Counted from the whole stretch's first letter, positions 11,581 to 25,200 are shown. The stretch: 61,427 nucleotides of DNA, filler included, from Choristocarpus tenellus KU-1152 (GCA_964200185.2; 12 parts of 12 records of this genome joined end to end with filler, not necessarily neighbours in it), one strand, 5' to 3'. Numbers and translations: made by a program. The notes: a model not told the origin generated them from the letters alone.

Positions 11581-14414
11581 CATGTAAGTTATGATCCCAC
11601 AAGTCATCTTGCAGAGGCCACTTGACCACCACTATAGACCACTGGGCTGAAGACAGATTGAAGACAAGATTACTTTACTTAACATCTTACTACAGTGAGC
11701 ACAAGGCATGACTTGACACCAGGTGCAGATGGAACCCAGATTATTACAACAAGGCATGTAAGCTCTTTAATTAAAAAATCTGTCACGTGTACACAGGAAC
11801 AAAGATACATATTGTACTGGTGTACTGGTACCACAACAAACAGGGTATTTATCCGTAGTCAACAAGGTAATCGCACTTCTCCTAGCCCTCTGGTTGCTGT
11901 GTTCCAGGATGGAAAGTTTGAAACACATTCTCCCCTCATGCATTCAAGACCTATCTGTAAAATACAACACCTGTGGGGGATTGTGGATTGCAGACAGGAA
12001 AAGGTACAAAAATGGTTACATGGTATTTGCTCCTGAGTACTATCAAAATCCTGTTTCAACCACACGAGTACAATGGTACAGCCCCCAACTATTAATCAAT
12101 GGAGTTATTGTTCCAGTAGATATTCTATTGTTATTGCAGCCAGGAGTGCATAGCCTGTGAACTCTTGGTATTGCCTACACTGTAACCAATTAATATCTGG
12201 AGTCAGAAAACACATGCATGCAATACCTAAACCATGTCACAGTTGGCCTGCACAACCCGCATATTTGGTAGCTGTCGTTAAAACTGCAATGGCTAATTAC
12301 AGACCCAAAAACTTCATCACATCTGTGCTCAACCTGGTAGAGCTTTCATGCACACAGGATGAAGATTCTCATATAAGGTAACTTTTTGAGTTACCCTGCA
12401 GTACAATATTCTTTTGTATGTCTTCACCCAGAGTCACAACATTCACAGGTCACGTAATTTTTTCCATCTACACTTTCAGCACTGTTCCATATGTCTACTG
12501 GGTATATAAGCACCATTATTATCCTCCTGCCTACTGGATGTCCAACTTGTAAAAACGGATTGGTGCGGTTTCATATGAAAGACCACAAAGAAAGCCTCTT
12601 GCAGCAGCCAGTCCTCTCTCTCTCTTTAAGGGCGTACATCATTCTGGTCAACTATATATAGCCTGTTTCTTTTTGTGAGACAAATGATGTGTATGTGGTG
12701 GTGCCGGTGTCCATTGTGGAAATTGGACCAGGTAGGTGTTGCAACCTGTTTAGCACAATTGGCTTCATATCTCAAACAAAACAGTTGAGACTGTAAGGTC
12801 CAGGTGTCTTCCTGTCAACCAAAGGACTGCCCAATGTATGTATAAAATATGTGGGAATACTGATGCATTGTTTTTGACAGAAGCTACAACAAAAATGCTA
12901 TTACAGGAACGCTTATCATCAGCCCACTCAAAATGGCATCTGTATAACATCACTTGCTTTCAAAATGCCCCTTGTGAAAAAAAATGAAAAAGGGCGCTCT
13001 GAAAGGTGTTGATCAAGTATGCTACTCTCCGGAGTGGGAAGGGGCTCACATTTCATGGCTTACTCTAAACTGCATTCCTATGTCTTTCTAGTTCAATCGC
13101 CAATGTAGGCAGGCACTCACTGTAGAAATGTAAAAATAATAACGTCAAGGATGTTATAGAAAAAAGCTACCTCAATCAATTCACTGCATCGATCATGACA
13201 AACAAGAGTGTCCAACGATCAAGGGGACCAGGAAACTCAAAATTTGTTCTTGAGTCAAGCATTCCTACCAAAAATAGCAACTTTTCAAAAATTATTTACA
13301 GGTATATTGTACAGCTTATCAGGAGGGGTTCCTACACTCTGGACAGGCACGGGTAAGAGGGGAAGGGAAGGACCAGCATGTTGCATTTGAAACGAAAAAT
13401 TGTGCTATCCATCCCCATTGATTGTTTGTTATGGTTCCCAACCCAACAGTCCAACATGGTCAAAAATGGTCAAAAAGGTTAATCACCTCCTTGGGACGAC
13501 AACAGATTTATGACCAGGATGTTTGTTGACTACACTTCCTGCTCTGTTCTTTGTTTTTGGACTGTGACCTACTGTATTGGAACCTCTCTTCCTCTTCTTC
13601 AAGACATCAGCCTTTAAACATACTTCTGTGAACACACTCCATTCACAGTGGGTAAGTGGTAATATTGTGGAAACAACTATACATGTAGTGTGTTCACCTC
13701 TCCAAAAAAAAAAGGACCACTCCTATAACCGTAACTTCTTGTTACAATAGTACAATAACCATTACAATACACACACAACTATACTCATACCACTTAAGAT
13801 TGTTCCACAGGTATCAAAGGTTACTGCTGGCTATTGTCATCAACACCTTCCAATGGAAAACACTTCACAACTCCTCCAATTTCCTAGAGGGTCACATCAC
13901 CTTACAGCTATATATCAATATCTATCATGGGGTGGAGAGGGAGGCAGCAGGGGTCCACCACTGCAATAATTTGATCACCACCACTGAGTTCTACCTTTGG
14001 TTCATCAGTGTTGAGAGGTGGGATTGTTTCCTTTCACAAGGGTGTGAGCATACTGCTTGACACAGTCTGCACACTGGAGTCCTCTTCTTCTTTTGGAACC
14101 TTTTGAACAACAATTTGTAAGACAAACTCTACTGATAGACCAGGTCTAAACACTCTCCTCAGATCTACACCATGTGATCAACTACAGTACTAACAGTAGA
14201 GGAAGTTCACCTCATCAATTGGTGTGCACCCCCCCCTCAGGTGTTGGGCTTGGAGGTTTTCCTGCTGTAGATCCCCCTCCGTNNNNNNNNNNNNNNNNNN
14301 NNNNNNNNNNNNNNNNNNNNNNNNNNTTAATTAATTAANNNNNNNNNNNNNNNNNNNNNNNNNNNNNNNNNNNNNNNNNNNNGGATATAATTATAACGAG
14401 TGTTCATACCATCA

Positions 14415-14591
14415 GGCTCAAAGTATCTGAGGGGGTGGGGGGGTCTACACCAGGATGTCCATTCGGACTCTGACCGGGAAAAGTGTACTTATGTAATCCA
14501 TCCAACGCATGCAACCAAATCATCCCAAGATTATTACATGGAAAAATGGGCCACGAATGGACAGCCACCACCCCCTCCAGATACTTTGAGC
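14415..14591. mobile_element. MITE family B copy with ATCA target duplication
   Basis: atca|GGCTCAAAGTATCTGAGGGGG ... CCCCCTCCAGATACTTTGAGC|atca. Confidence 0.85.
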
Positions 14592-15379
14592 ATCACGGTT
14601 GGTACTGTATTTTTAGTTAGTGTACACAATGACGCTATTCTTCTGAATAGTGTTAACATATGGTACAGGAATAGGATAAAGTAGATCGAAGTTGAAGGTG
14701 TCTGCTGTGGCAGAAGCTACTCAGTTTTTTGTCATTGTTGCACTCTCAATCGCAAGACAGTGAGTCATGAGATATATTCATTTGTTCATCTTTCCACGAG
14801 GCTGAGAGGTATCGTCAGAGGGCACTTGCTTGTGGTTGCACGTGATGCCACACACAGGGCAGAGGGGTATGAGGGGTGTTTGACTTGGTTTGCACCTCCT
14901 ACCCTCACAAGCAATGTTCACTTACAGTCTAACTCTGTTTGCCCTTCAGCTTGCACCCATTGTTCCCAGAGCGATGAGGTCCTACCCAACGGGCCAGAAA
15001 GTGAGTTTATAGACGATTATACCAAGGAAACTACGTTTTAGAACCTACTTCCTGTCACATGAAAATGGAGAAGGACTTCTGCTTTTTCATTGGACCTTCT
15101 GATGTGTGGAAGGCATGGGGGGTGGTTGGGGGTGTGACGTAGGTGGGAGCGTAGCCTGTACTCCTTTAGAGTTGCTGTGGTTGTATCTGTGCCCCAGACC
15201 AACATTTCGCGAATATTCTCATTCTTTCTTTCCTGGGTATCTCTCACAACTGTACCCTCTTGTGCGATGGTGCCAGAAGCTGATGTTGCAATAATTTCTT
15301 CGTGATTTGTCAACAACATAGTTACACCTGTCTAGAGAAAGAATTGCACTTAGATGAACCTGTTTGATAATGTTGTCGA

Positions 15380-15637
15380 GAGCCAAAGTATCTTAGAGCG
15401 TAGAGCTGCGTTCGTTTAGGGGTCGAAATCCAATGTTGAGATTTTGATGTAATTTTGGCTATCGTATTTGCTAGGAAGTGTCAATGTCCTTGCTCCGGAC
15501 ACACCTTTTCATAATGTACACATTTTACCTACTCCGAAACATTTTGGAGTAGGTAAAATGTCATAAAATCCCATGGGAAGCCAAGCCCCAAATGGACAAA
15601 CAGGGCAAAACTCGTACCCTCTAAGATACTTTCACTC
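15380..15637. mobile_element. MITE family A copy (~255 bp)
   Basis: GAGCCAAAGTATCTTAGAGCG ... ACCCTCTAAGATACTTTCACTC. Confidence 0.88.
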
Positions 15638-16161
15638 TGAACGATAATCTTGTGAAGTGCTCCTTTGTCTAATTTACAACAAACAAAATGGGCTACATTG
15701 CTTGACTTTCTATGGCCAAGGCGGGCACTGCAGGGTGCAATGCTATCAGGGGAGACAGAGGAGGGGACGTTCCACCAGTTAGTACCAACTGTGCTCCAGC
15801 AGCCCCAGGAGAAAGGAAAACTAGGGGGGAAAGAGAAGAAGGGAAATATCCACCCCTAAATGTTGCAGCCGCAGTGGTGGAGCATACCAAAGGGAAGGGC
15901 ACAGGGGGGGCTTTGTGTTCTATTCGAGATGGGTAACTTGGTTAAGGCTGTGGGGGCTCTGCTGGGAGAAAAAGAGAAGGAGAATATCCATCACTAGGCA
16001 GCTATGGTGCTTGAGGAGCACGGGATGGAATCACACAGGAGGGGCTGTACGGTGTGTGCCTGGGGGAAGTGAGGAGAAACTCAACTAGTTAGCTGACACG
16101 GTGCTCAAGCTGAACCAGGAGGAATGGCACAGTGGAGGTTTGTGACTGGGGAGAAGGGATG

Positions 16162-16395
16162 GTCTCACAGTGACCTAGAATAGGGTACTGTCATAGAAGC
16201 ACTCTCCCTCTTCAGTACTATAAACACAGATGAATACAGGCGCAAAGGTCACAAAAACATTGAAATAGGATATTGTCATAGAAACACTCTCCCCCTTCAG
16301 AACTATAAATACAAATAAATACAAGACACAAAAATAAAGTCTCACAGTCACATAGGAATAGGGTACTACATAACATGACTCTCCCCTCATTGTAA
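16162..16395. repeat. Degenerate ~85-95-bp tandem repeat, about 2.5 units
   Basis: aatagggtactgtcatagaagcactctccc-like segment recurs near 16178, 16263 and 16356. Confidence 0.65.
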
Positions 16396-17368
16396 CCAAA
16401 TCCAATAGGGTTTTTTGGCCCACCCATCCGTATGTAACAATCTCCCCCCCTCCTATTATCATCTCCAGTGTGTTCTTGATACTTGTACAGCAGCCACATT
16501 ACCCCTTGTGACGTCGTACAAGGTCTATGCATTCACCCCGTGCGGTCTGACTGTCATACACGTTCAGATGACGGAACACGGTGGTTTGAAAATTCCAAAG
16601 TCCTCTGCAATGGCTGCCGCCGTCCCCTGACGCATCTGAGTCTCGCACCCTCTCGCCTCCAGACATTGTGCCATCACGCTGTTCTTCGTCGGGGTGTTTG
16701 AGTCCTGACCCAAGAAAGACTTCTGGACCAAAGAATTGGGAACGACGGGCAACGACAGGATGAGCGAGTCGCTCAAACGACAGGGGGGCCTTCATCCTAG
16801 GCATCCCAATAAACATCCACTTTGACCAGGTGGTTTTTGAACCCTGTCAAATGCGAATTGGTCGATTTTGCACTGGTGATCCTCCACAATCATCACATCC
16901 CACCATCTCAAACTTTGCACGCCTCCCAATCTATATGAGAACTAAGCCTTGTCCAGAGGGTTTATCACGTGGGTCGTTTCTGACTGAGATTGAAGCTTGC
17001 AAAAGTTATAATAAATTCCGAACGGAGGAAGTACTAGTACTTAACAAACATGGTATGGGAGTTTCATCGTACTTCTGCGCATATACTTGGAAATGTGTGA
17101 GCACCAAACTCTTTCCATGTGAACGTTATTGACGTGCGCACTCGACTTCAATACAAAGGAAAAGAACAAGAGGAAGGGCGTTTCCACGCCTTGGATGCGT
17201 TAAAATATCATACATGGGATTTCTCCATACCCTACGTCATATGCACAATCGTTTCACAATAATAAATGTAGTTATGCCCTTTGACATTTTGCACACGTGT
17301 CAGGATGGGGAAAGTCCAAGACCAGAGCTACACGACAAGGATTACTACTGGAAATACAATAGTTGTCA

Positions 17369-17438
17369 GGCTCAAAGTATCTGGGAGGGGGTGGCGGCTG
17401 TCCATTTGAGGTCAATTTTTTCATGTTGTGATTTTTGG
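17369..17438. mobile_element. MITE family B, truncated at contig end
   Basis: GGCTCAAAGTATCTGGGAGGGGGTGGCGGCTGTCCATTTG. Confidence 0.8.
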
Positions 17439-18598
17439 NNNNNNNNNNNNNNNNNNNNNNNNNNNNNNNNNNNNNNNNNNNNTTAATTAATTAANNNNNN
17501 NNNNNNNNNNNNNNNNNNNNNNNNNNNNNNNNNNNNNNAAATGTGTGTTTATTTTGACAGGGAGAGTGGGGCAATCTTCCCCCCCCCCCCTATTGTGTTT
17601 GCTGGACAGGGGAAGGGAGGGGGAGGGAGGGAAGTGTCGTGTTATGTCAAGAGTGGATTTTGCATGTTTTTGGTCAGAAGGATTATATCCTTGGGAGTGA
17701 GTTGTCAGGAAGGATGTGGTTATTTTCTACTTTTGCATGTTCTAAGAAAAAAAAATCAATCCTCTCGACTGTGTGTCTGAAAACCGGCACTTGAGTGTAG
17801 AGTACAATTTTATTTTATATTATGCATGTAATACCTGGTAGTAACCAACCACATGCAGTTAAGAGTAATTTTGTTTTTTATTATTTAATGGTTCTGTAGA
17901 GGAATTTTATCAGGTGAGATCGCAGCTCACGGTGTTGCCGTTGCCTGGCGTGTGACATCTTGTGGTAGGAGGCGTGCATGCATTGGCAACGCCTGTTGCG
18001 CAAGCATAGGATCGTAGGTGATGTTGAGAGGTCTGTTTCTTTGCTGGGTGCGATAGCGGCAGCTGTGTCAAAGGGAGTTTGTTGCAGTGCATGACAGTGC
18101 AGTGTGTAGTTGAGACACCAGCGGTAGGTGACACAAGGTACGATGTGGTTTGTGCAGTTTCTTCCACCAATCTGTTGTGTGTTGTGTTTTGGTGGAGTTG
18201 GTACTGGGGTGGAGAGCATCTTGTGTGCATTTCGCCGTTGAAGTGTTGCTTTTGTTGAAGTTCTCGGGGGTGGGGGGGTTGCGACTCCATATGCGGACCG
18301 ATACTGTGGGAAATGTCTGGCATGGTTGATGGTGTTTTTATGTTATGTTATACACAGGCAAGTGATTTCCCTTTCTCGAAGAACTAAGCCCCTGAACCCC
18401 CACTCCTCCTCTTCCCTTTGACATTTCCCCTTTTCATTTTCGTCATTTATTGTATGCATCCAAACAGAACAACAGATTACTCCCTGTAAGTGTGCAGTGT
18501 TCCCAACCTTACAACCTTACTCCCTCGGTATATGCAGTGCCAATATCCTTGCCTGATCCCCCTCCCCCCTCTCCCCCTGCTTACTTATGTTGGAGTAG

Positions 18599-19309
18599 AT
18601 CTTTGCATCTGGGGGCGTAGGCATGCCAGACCTTGCTTCAATCCGTACTGGAGCATCAGTGGTCCGCGGCAAGGGCCACTCGTATCACAGCAGTGGCCTT
18701 GGAGGTGGTGATGGAAACAATGGCATCCTGCAGGAGCTTACCTCCCAGGATCTGGCTTCTACTGTGCTCCCCTGGTGGGATCGGATCCTCCACTCTTTAA
18801 GAGTGCCCGGTAGGGTTGTCGCTGAGGGTCCTGAGGCAGCTCTCTCCACAGACACTTCTCTCGGGTCCTGTTGGGCCTTCGATGGCTCGATGGGGCGTCT
18901 AACAGTTCACCTAGGTGGGACAACTTCACGTGCCAGGGAAGGGGGGAGCAAGGTGAACGCAGTGTCGTTGCAGCATCTCCCATTCTCTGTTTACCCACAG
19001 GCATTGAAGAGCGCCCCCCGCCACTTCCGGGTGCTTGGGTGGCATGCAGATCCGAGGGTTGTGTCCAAAGCACAGACAGGGAGTGTCGGGGCTGAGGAGG
19101 GAGTCTTCCCAGTCATGCTGATAGAAAGGGCAGAGTTTGTAGTGGGGGAAGGCGTATCATCAACACAAACATTTGGGGTGTCGGGCGACCAGTTGGGGGG
19201 AAATGAGGCCGGACCAGTGGTCGGGTGGGTGACCCTTGAGGTTGAATCGAACCATGGCAGTCCATACACTTGCCTTTATGGGTTCCGGGTTCATGGGGTA
19301 CTTGTGTAA
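18599..19309 (+). CDS. SUN (Sad1/UNC-84) domain protein, terminal exon; upstream exons not identified in this contig
   Basis: Acceptor ..ggagtag at 18598. IFASGGVGMPDLAS..GASVV, GSCWAFDGSMGRLTVHL, VSLQHLP, SAPRHFRVLG, QTF and VTLEVESNHGSPYTCLYGFRVHG form a C-terminal SUN domain. Confidence 0.92.
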   Translation: MFASGGVGMPDLASIRTGASVVRGKGHSYHSSGLGGGDGNNGILQELTSQDLASTVLPWWDRILHSLRVPGRVVAEGPEAALSTDTSLGSCWAFDGSMGRLTVHLGGTTSRAREGGSKVNAVSLQHLPFSVYPQALKSAPRHFRVLGWHADPRVVSKAQTGSVGAEEGVFPVMLIERAEFVVGEGVSSTQTFGVSGDQLGGNEAGPVVGWVTLEVESNHGSPYTCLYGFRVHGVLV

Positions 19310-20658
19310 CTCCCCAACACACTCTGGCCCTACTTTGTGGAGGAAGTGGAGGGTGGAGTGTCTAGTAGGTGGGAGATCAAGGCTAGGTGGGATTGAGGTG
19401 TTGTAGGGGGAAGAGGCGGAAGAAACCTTGAAGGGTGCTCGATGGAGCGTGGTGGACGGTTTCCTATGTGAGGAGGCGTGTCAGGCTGTCCCCTGTTGAT
19501 AGGTGAACGGTGAATGCGAGGGGCTAGTTGGCAAAGGTCTCAAAAGACAGGGAGAATGGGCCCTTTGTCCTTGTGTCTCCTTCATCTCATAATTCTATTG
19601 TTGCCAGTGTTTTTTGTACTGTACTCTTCTTGCCCCTTTTACTGTGAATGTGTGTTGTGTGAGTGTGGTTTTGTGGGGCCTTTGTGGATGAGGAGGAAGC
19701 GCTTTCTGTGGATCGAACAAATACGTATTGAATGCCGGACAAATGTGGAACAGATTTTATTGTACACCCTCATCATCGATTTTAGGACCACCTGTTTGGA
19801 GTGGAGTGCCCAGGGAGGACTGCTGTGGCAGGCAACTAAAGAAGGGACAAAATATATCACGGCACAAGAGATGGCAGTGATTGGAAAGGCTGGGTTGGGG
19901 CCTGATGTTTCACAAGGTTGGCTGGCATTTTGTCGATTGATCAATCGGGAATGCCCATTTCTTAAGGAGCGCTTCTGCTGGGAAGTTCTTTGGGGTTTCC
20001 TTCTGCTCTGTGCTGGATGTGTTTTAGTTGCTGGGTAGTTTTGTTCACTACGTAGCATGTGATGGAAGTTGTGGAGTCATGCAGGACAATGGGTCGCATG
20101 TACTTGTTGTCTCCTGCATCATATCGAGGGCGTCGAGGGCGAGTTGATACCAGCGGTGGTGGTGTTGTATTTTTGTACCTGATTGGCGAGGAGTGGCTGG
20201 TACCCCCCCTGAGTCAAACGTGATGGAAATCATGGCAAACAGAGTTGAAATGAGAAGGAGGTTTAAACAGGCAGTGGTGGTGGTGATCTACACATTGTGT
20301 AGACGGACTTTACGATGAGCGACAATTCTGCCCTTGTTTTGTCCTGTGTGTGCGTCCCTTATAGCTCTGCCCTCCAATACATGCCTGTCCTACTCTACCT
20401 CAAGTGCTCTGCTGCAAGAACATGAATGCCTGTCCTGTTGTTGGTGTAGAAGTATTAATAGTAATAGTTGGTAGGTGTCATTTGGAGAAAGTCTAGGTGC
20501 CCCAAGAGGACCAGAAGATGTTACCCGTTGTCAATTCATGAATTACTACAGACTTGACTGATACATAGATTGTTTTGAAACCAACATGGGTGATGCCAAA
20601 CCGTGAGCAGTGAATGAAGGATGGGAGGGTTGACCGGTTGTGAACCAGCACTGATTGT

Positions 20659-20871
20659 AAGCCAAAGTAAATGAGGTACCCAGAGTTGCAATTTAAGGAT
20701 GCTGACAAGTTACGTACAAAATTCGACGTTTTTTTTCAAGTGCGTGTAGGAAATCTTCTGGATTATGTCGAAAAGTTTCAAACAATAGATAAATCACCCA
20801 TAGAAAGATTAGAAAGCTGACTTCAAGTGCAAAGCAGCCAAGACCTGGGTACCTCTTGTTTACCTTGACTA
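20659..20871. mobile_element. MITE family C copy
   Basis: AAGCCAAAGTAAATGAGGTACCCAG ... CTGGGTACCTCTTGTTTACCTTGACT. Confidence 0.8.
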
Positions 20872-21686
20872 TGTGATTGGTCACATCCAATCGCTATGTG
20901 AACTGATAGTCAATATTTTAGGGCCAATTCTTTGGTTAATCTAGTCGCCATCCGCACACACACCTCCGAGAGTTTCTATTTGTATCACACATGTTGACAC
21001 GTACATACGTCAGTATTGTAATGTTGGAAGACTACTTTCTTTGAAAAGGGGTACTGCTTTTGTGAGTTGTGGCTGATAGGAAGGACTTACAGAGAGTGGA
21101 AGGGTAAATATTTGATGGTTGGTGAAGTCAATAATCATGGGATTCTCCTATGATACACCAATCACAACTACCCATTCCAAAAGAAATATACCGACTACCT
21201 TGCAGTACCAGTACAATAGGTACTACTTCACGTTATTAACTGTTCCTTCAGATTTCTCGGAAGTCCTTCCTACTCCCCATGTCCACAACTCATAAACACA
21301 AAAAACGGACACTAAAACGGGTTGTATGACATGATTATTCGTTTCTAATGAATGCAACATTTAAGAGTTGGTACTATTATATCTAAAATGAAATGCTATT
21401 TGGTGGCACACATGAAATATGGATACTCGGTTTTGGGTGGCATCACAGTCTTGATGACAGTAAGGAGGATGACATGACTCAGAGAGGGAGAGGACAACAA
21501 GATGGGTGAGGGAGAAAGGACTATACAGTGTGAACAGACATTGGGAAAATAAACGTTCCACTCATTAGGAAGAGGGTACTTGGAAAGTCTCGCCATTCAT
21601 GGGATATATATGCTCACCCTCTTGGATGTGGTCACAAGTAAGTCAAGATAACAATTGTGTCATGTTTCATTTGATCAAGCTGCTGA

Positions 21687-21832
21687 GAACCAAAGTAAAC
21701 GAGAGGTATCTAGGGTTGCATTTTAAGGATGCTGACAAATGCAAAAAAACTGACTTGCTGTATAAACGCATATCATAGGGACCTTTCTGAATGATGTTGA
21801 AGACTTTCAAAGAAGCAAAGCATCTTGGGGGG
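21687..21832. mobile_element. MITE family C, partial
   Basis: GAACCAAAGTAAACGAGAGGTATCTAGGGTTGCATTTTAAGGATGCTGAC. Confidence 0.7.
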
Positions 21833-21989
21833 NNNNNNNNNNNNNNNNNNNNNNNNNNNNNNNNNNNNNNNNNNNNTTAATTAATTAANNNNNNNNNNNN
21901 NNNNNNNNNNNNNNNNNNNNNNNNNNNNNNNNCTGGCCCCCCCCCCCCCCCCCCCCGAGATACTTTGGGTCTGCCCTAACATAGCAGGA

Positions 21990-23510
21990 CATACTTGCCA
22001 CGAGAGGTGCCAAGCCAGAATCCACCACCACACCAAGAGGTGGTCAACAGTGTGCTGGCGGCCCTCACACCGATGCTCCAACCTGTTTTGTCCCCAAACC
22101 CCCTACCACTGTCTGTGCTGCCTTGACAACCAACCTGCTTCTGCTCCTGGGAAACATGGGACCACGTTCGTTTCTAAGAGCAATGTATCCGCACCCGTTC
22201 GACCAGCAACACCCGCCACCCAGTCTATGCCCCGATCCACATCTTCTTTAGCCACAGACAGAGTTAAGCGATGCAGGTCGACACCATTCGGGTAAGGATT
22301 TACCTTCACCATCTTCTTCCCAAGATGAGGTTGTCGAGTGACTCAAGGCACATCGAGTTTGCTTCCACCACGCTTTCGGTCGCGACTGCTTCAAGTCTAT
22401 CGGCCGTAGGTGCAGCTATGCCCTCCACGGCTTCATAATACCTAAGGGCTACTTCGCATATCTTTCCCAAGACAAGCAAAGTACTACCCCTGCGAATGAG
22501 TCACGTACGATGGTAGCCTTGACAAACTCCCATTTGCATTACCTTGCCGTGATGCAGGACTTTAAGTTTTCGCCACTATTTGCAAGCAGCCCAACCGATT
22601 CTGAAGCACCCAAGTTGCCCTGAAGGTGCGCCCTGGAGTCACTCGACAATATCCACGATGTCAACTACCCAACGAACTAGTCAAGTAGGGCTATCTGTAC
22701 TGCTGTGGCACCCTCACAACGTCCGCTCGAGAATGCCTGTACAGATACTCCTTGACACAGGTGCAGGAGGTAGGAACTACATTTCGTTTGCTTTTTGGCG
22801 CAGTACTACTCTCTGGGGAGGTAGCACCGGCCTACCACACCATAACCAAATAGGTAAAGGTGTACGTTGCACGCGGCAAATCCGAAAGGAAGCAGTATTC
22901 CACCTATGCATGTACTAGGGTCCTGCATACTGCCAATATTGTTTCCCCCAGAGGATAGAGTCCGCAATGAGACATTTAGAGCAGTGGAAGGCTTACCTTA
23001 CGGGATGGTTCTAGGAGCAGCATTCTATAGGCAGCACAAGAGCATACTGTCATTTAGAGAGGGGGAAGGCTTTCGACCAGCTCCAAAATCCCCATGGATA
23101 CCTTTGTTCGAGCTGTGACACCCAGATCTCGTGATAACAATGTACCCCTGTCAGCCCTAGGAGAGTGGCAAGCATCAATGACACCCACAACCCGACCATC
23201 CAAGTACCACAGACTGCCTCCGAATAACCTCAGATCAGCTGGATGTAGAGAACCCCCCCCTTGACACACTCCCTAGATTCCCAAGATGCACTAGTACTCC
23301 AACTGGTGAACATACGCAACCAGAGAAGGAACATGCAAGTTTTTTTAATGTAGACCCAGAAGCAGGCACCTCAGATGCGAATCCAGAGGCAGGTATCGCA
23401 ACAATAGATCTTACCCTGGACAAGGATCCTCCGACCCCATCACTGGAGAGTCCAGGTCTAGTACCCCTTCCGGTTGAGGTATCGTGGGAGGACGATGAGA
23501 CTTGGGAATA
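21990..23510 (+). mobile_element. Ty3/Gypsy LTR-retrotransposon relic: gag end and aspartic protease
   Basis: Cys/His-rich gag-end segment, then ILLDTGAGGRNYIS and (frameshifted) VEGLPYGMVLGAAFYRQHKSILSF, which are retropepsin motifs. Confidence 0.8.
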
Positions 23511-25200
23511 TGACTCCACATCTATACTCCCTTTTCCCCTTTCGAGTGACGACTTCCAGTGTTCTTGGCCTTCGAGTACACCCCGTATGCTTCCCAAGAA
23601 GGGGTCTTTCTTCTGCCTCTCCACTAGCTCTGGCACGTCTAAGAGAGTAGCCATTGCTCTCTTGAGAGTGGGGTGGTGTTGAACCATCTCACTTATTCGG
23701 ACTATTCTGTCACTACCCTTCTTGTTCTTTGGCCTTGGTGTACTTTTGCGCCTTTTTTTGCATGGTGGCTTCTCTTCTCTTCGTTTTCCTTTTATTTCTA
23801 CCCTGTCTTCGAGGGAAGAGTCTAAAGGTTGAGTGAAAGTATCTTAGAGGGTACGAGGTTTGCCCTGTTTGTCCATTTGGGGCTTAGCNNNNNNNNNNTT
23901 TTCCTACTCAAAAATATTTCGGAGTAGATAAAGTGTGTATGTTATGAAAAGGTGTCTCTGGAACAAGGATATTGACACTTCCAAACAAACACAATAGTCA
24001 AAATTTCTTCAAAATCGCAACTTTAGAGTTTAGTCCCCAAATGGATGCGGCCCCACCCTCTAAGATACTTTGGCTCGGTTGCCAACAACCAAAAGTGTGA
24101 GTGACGTTAAGCTGGGGAAGGAGTTGCTGTGGGGTGTGTGTCGGGTCTACACTAGGCATTTTATTTGGGGCCATCCAACCAGAGGCAGGGGGTATAGACA
24201 CTGGTAGACTTTGATCCTGGGGTCTACTGAGTGGTAGCCAACCTCCAACGCCTAAGTCTCGACTATCAGGTTCCGTGTGGCATTCTTGCAGTGCTGACAG
24301 TATTCCTGAGAGTGTGGCATCAACTGTTCCCTGAAGTAACATTTGTGCTACCCCTAGACTCGGTTCATCATGTGAGAGAGGGAGCTCACTCTAGTTCTGA
24401 ATCTACCAACGTACAGAGAGAGCAAGGGGACAATGTGGGGTGACCTGGGCTTAGGTCTGATGTACATAAATCCTGCAAACATGCGCCTTCTAAGACAGGT
24501 CCTCGCGGTCCAGCGTAGCTCTGGCTACATGCTACTGATGGATCGTCAGGAAAAGAATCATCGATATCCAAACCTGATGCTGTTGGTGAGGAGATTCGTG
24601 ACAGTCCATCTGGTAGTTGGTGCTTCGAATCTGCTCGCCACTTCAGTTCCATGTCGTGGTCCATAAGGCGGAGGGCCCACCTGTGGGGCTTGGGGCTAAG
24701 TTCACGATTCTTGAAGAGCCAAGTCAGTGCTGAGCAGTCAGTGACTAGGGTGAATTTCCTATCCCAAATGTAGGAGCGGAAGTGTTCTATACGGCCTCCA
24801 CAAGATAGCCATACATTCCCTTTCAGTGGGTGCTCTCCTACTGTCTGTTTGAGACCATCTATGACTAGCACATGCTATGACATGTTCTTCGTCAGCATCC
24901 TGTACCTAGGCTAGCGTTGCTCCAGCCCCTTCCTCACTCGCATCTGTAGGGAGGAGGAACGGCTTATCCCAGTCAGGAAAGACTAGGATTGGTGAAGAAA
25001 TCAGACGCACCTTAAGTTCTTCAAAGGCCTTCTGCTCCTCTGATCCCCAAGGGATACTCTTCTTCCTGTCTCTTTTGGAAGCATGCCCTTTATTCCGGAG
25101 GATGTCAGTCAGTGGTGCAGCTACTTGGCCATAGTTCGGAACAAACTGTCGCATGTATCCTGTCATGCCTAGGAAACTTCTTAACTGCTCAACTGTAGAT
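23511..25200 (-). mobile_element. Ty3/Gypsy pol relic (RT thumb, RNase H, pre-integrase linker), inverted relative to the upstream gag-protease
   Basis: FLGMTGYMRQFVPNYGQVAAPLTD..WGSEEQKAFEELKVRLISSPILVFPDWDKPFLLPTDASEEGAGATL; HFRSYIWDRKFTLVTDCSALTWL..RWALRLMDHDMELKWR..HQLPDGLSR; LVERQKKDPFLGSI. Confidence 0.9.
23831..24076. mobile_element. MITE family A inserted in Gypsy pol, GGTT target duplication
   Basis: ggtt|GAGTGAAAGTATCTTAGAGGGT ... ACCCTCTAAGATACTTTGGCTC|ggtt. Confidence 0.9.

Noticed and set aside
15038-16816. Two-exon minus-strand gene joining ORFs 16499-16816 and 15038-15319
   Set aside because: The donor is phase 2 but the long downstream frame needs phase 1, and there is no recognisable domain.
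19514-20058. Overlapping 174-aa and 139-aa ORFs after the SUN exon
   Set aside because: No motifs; probably 3' UTR or intergenic chance ORFs.
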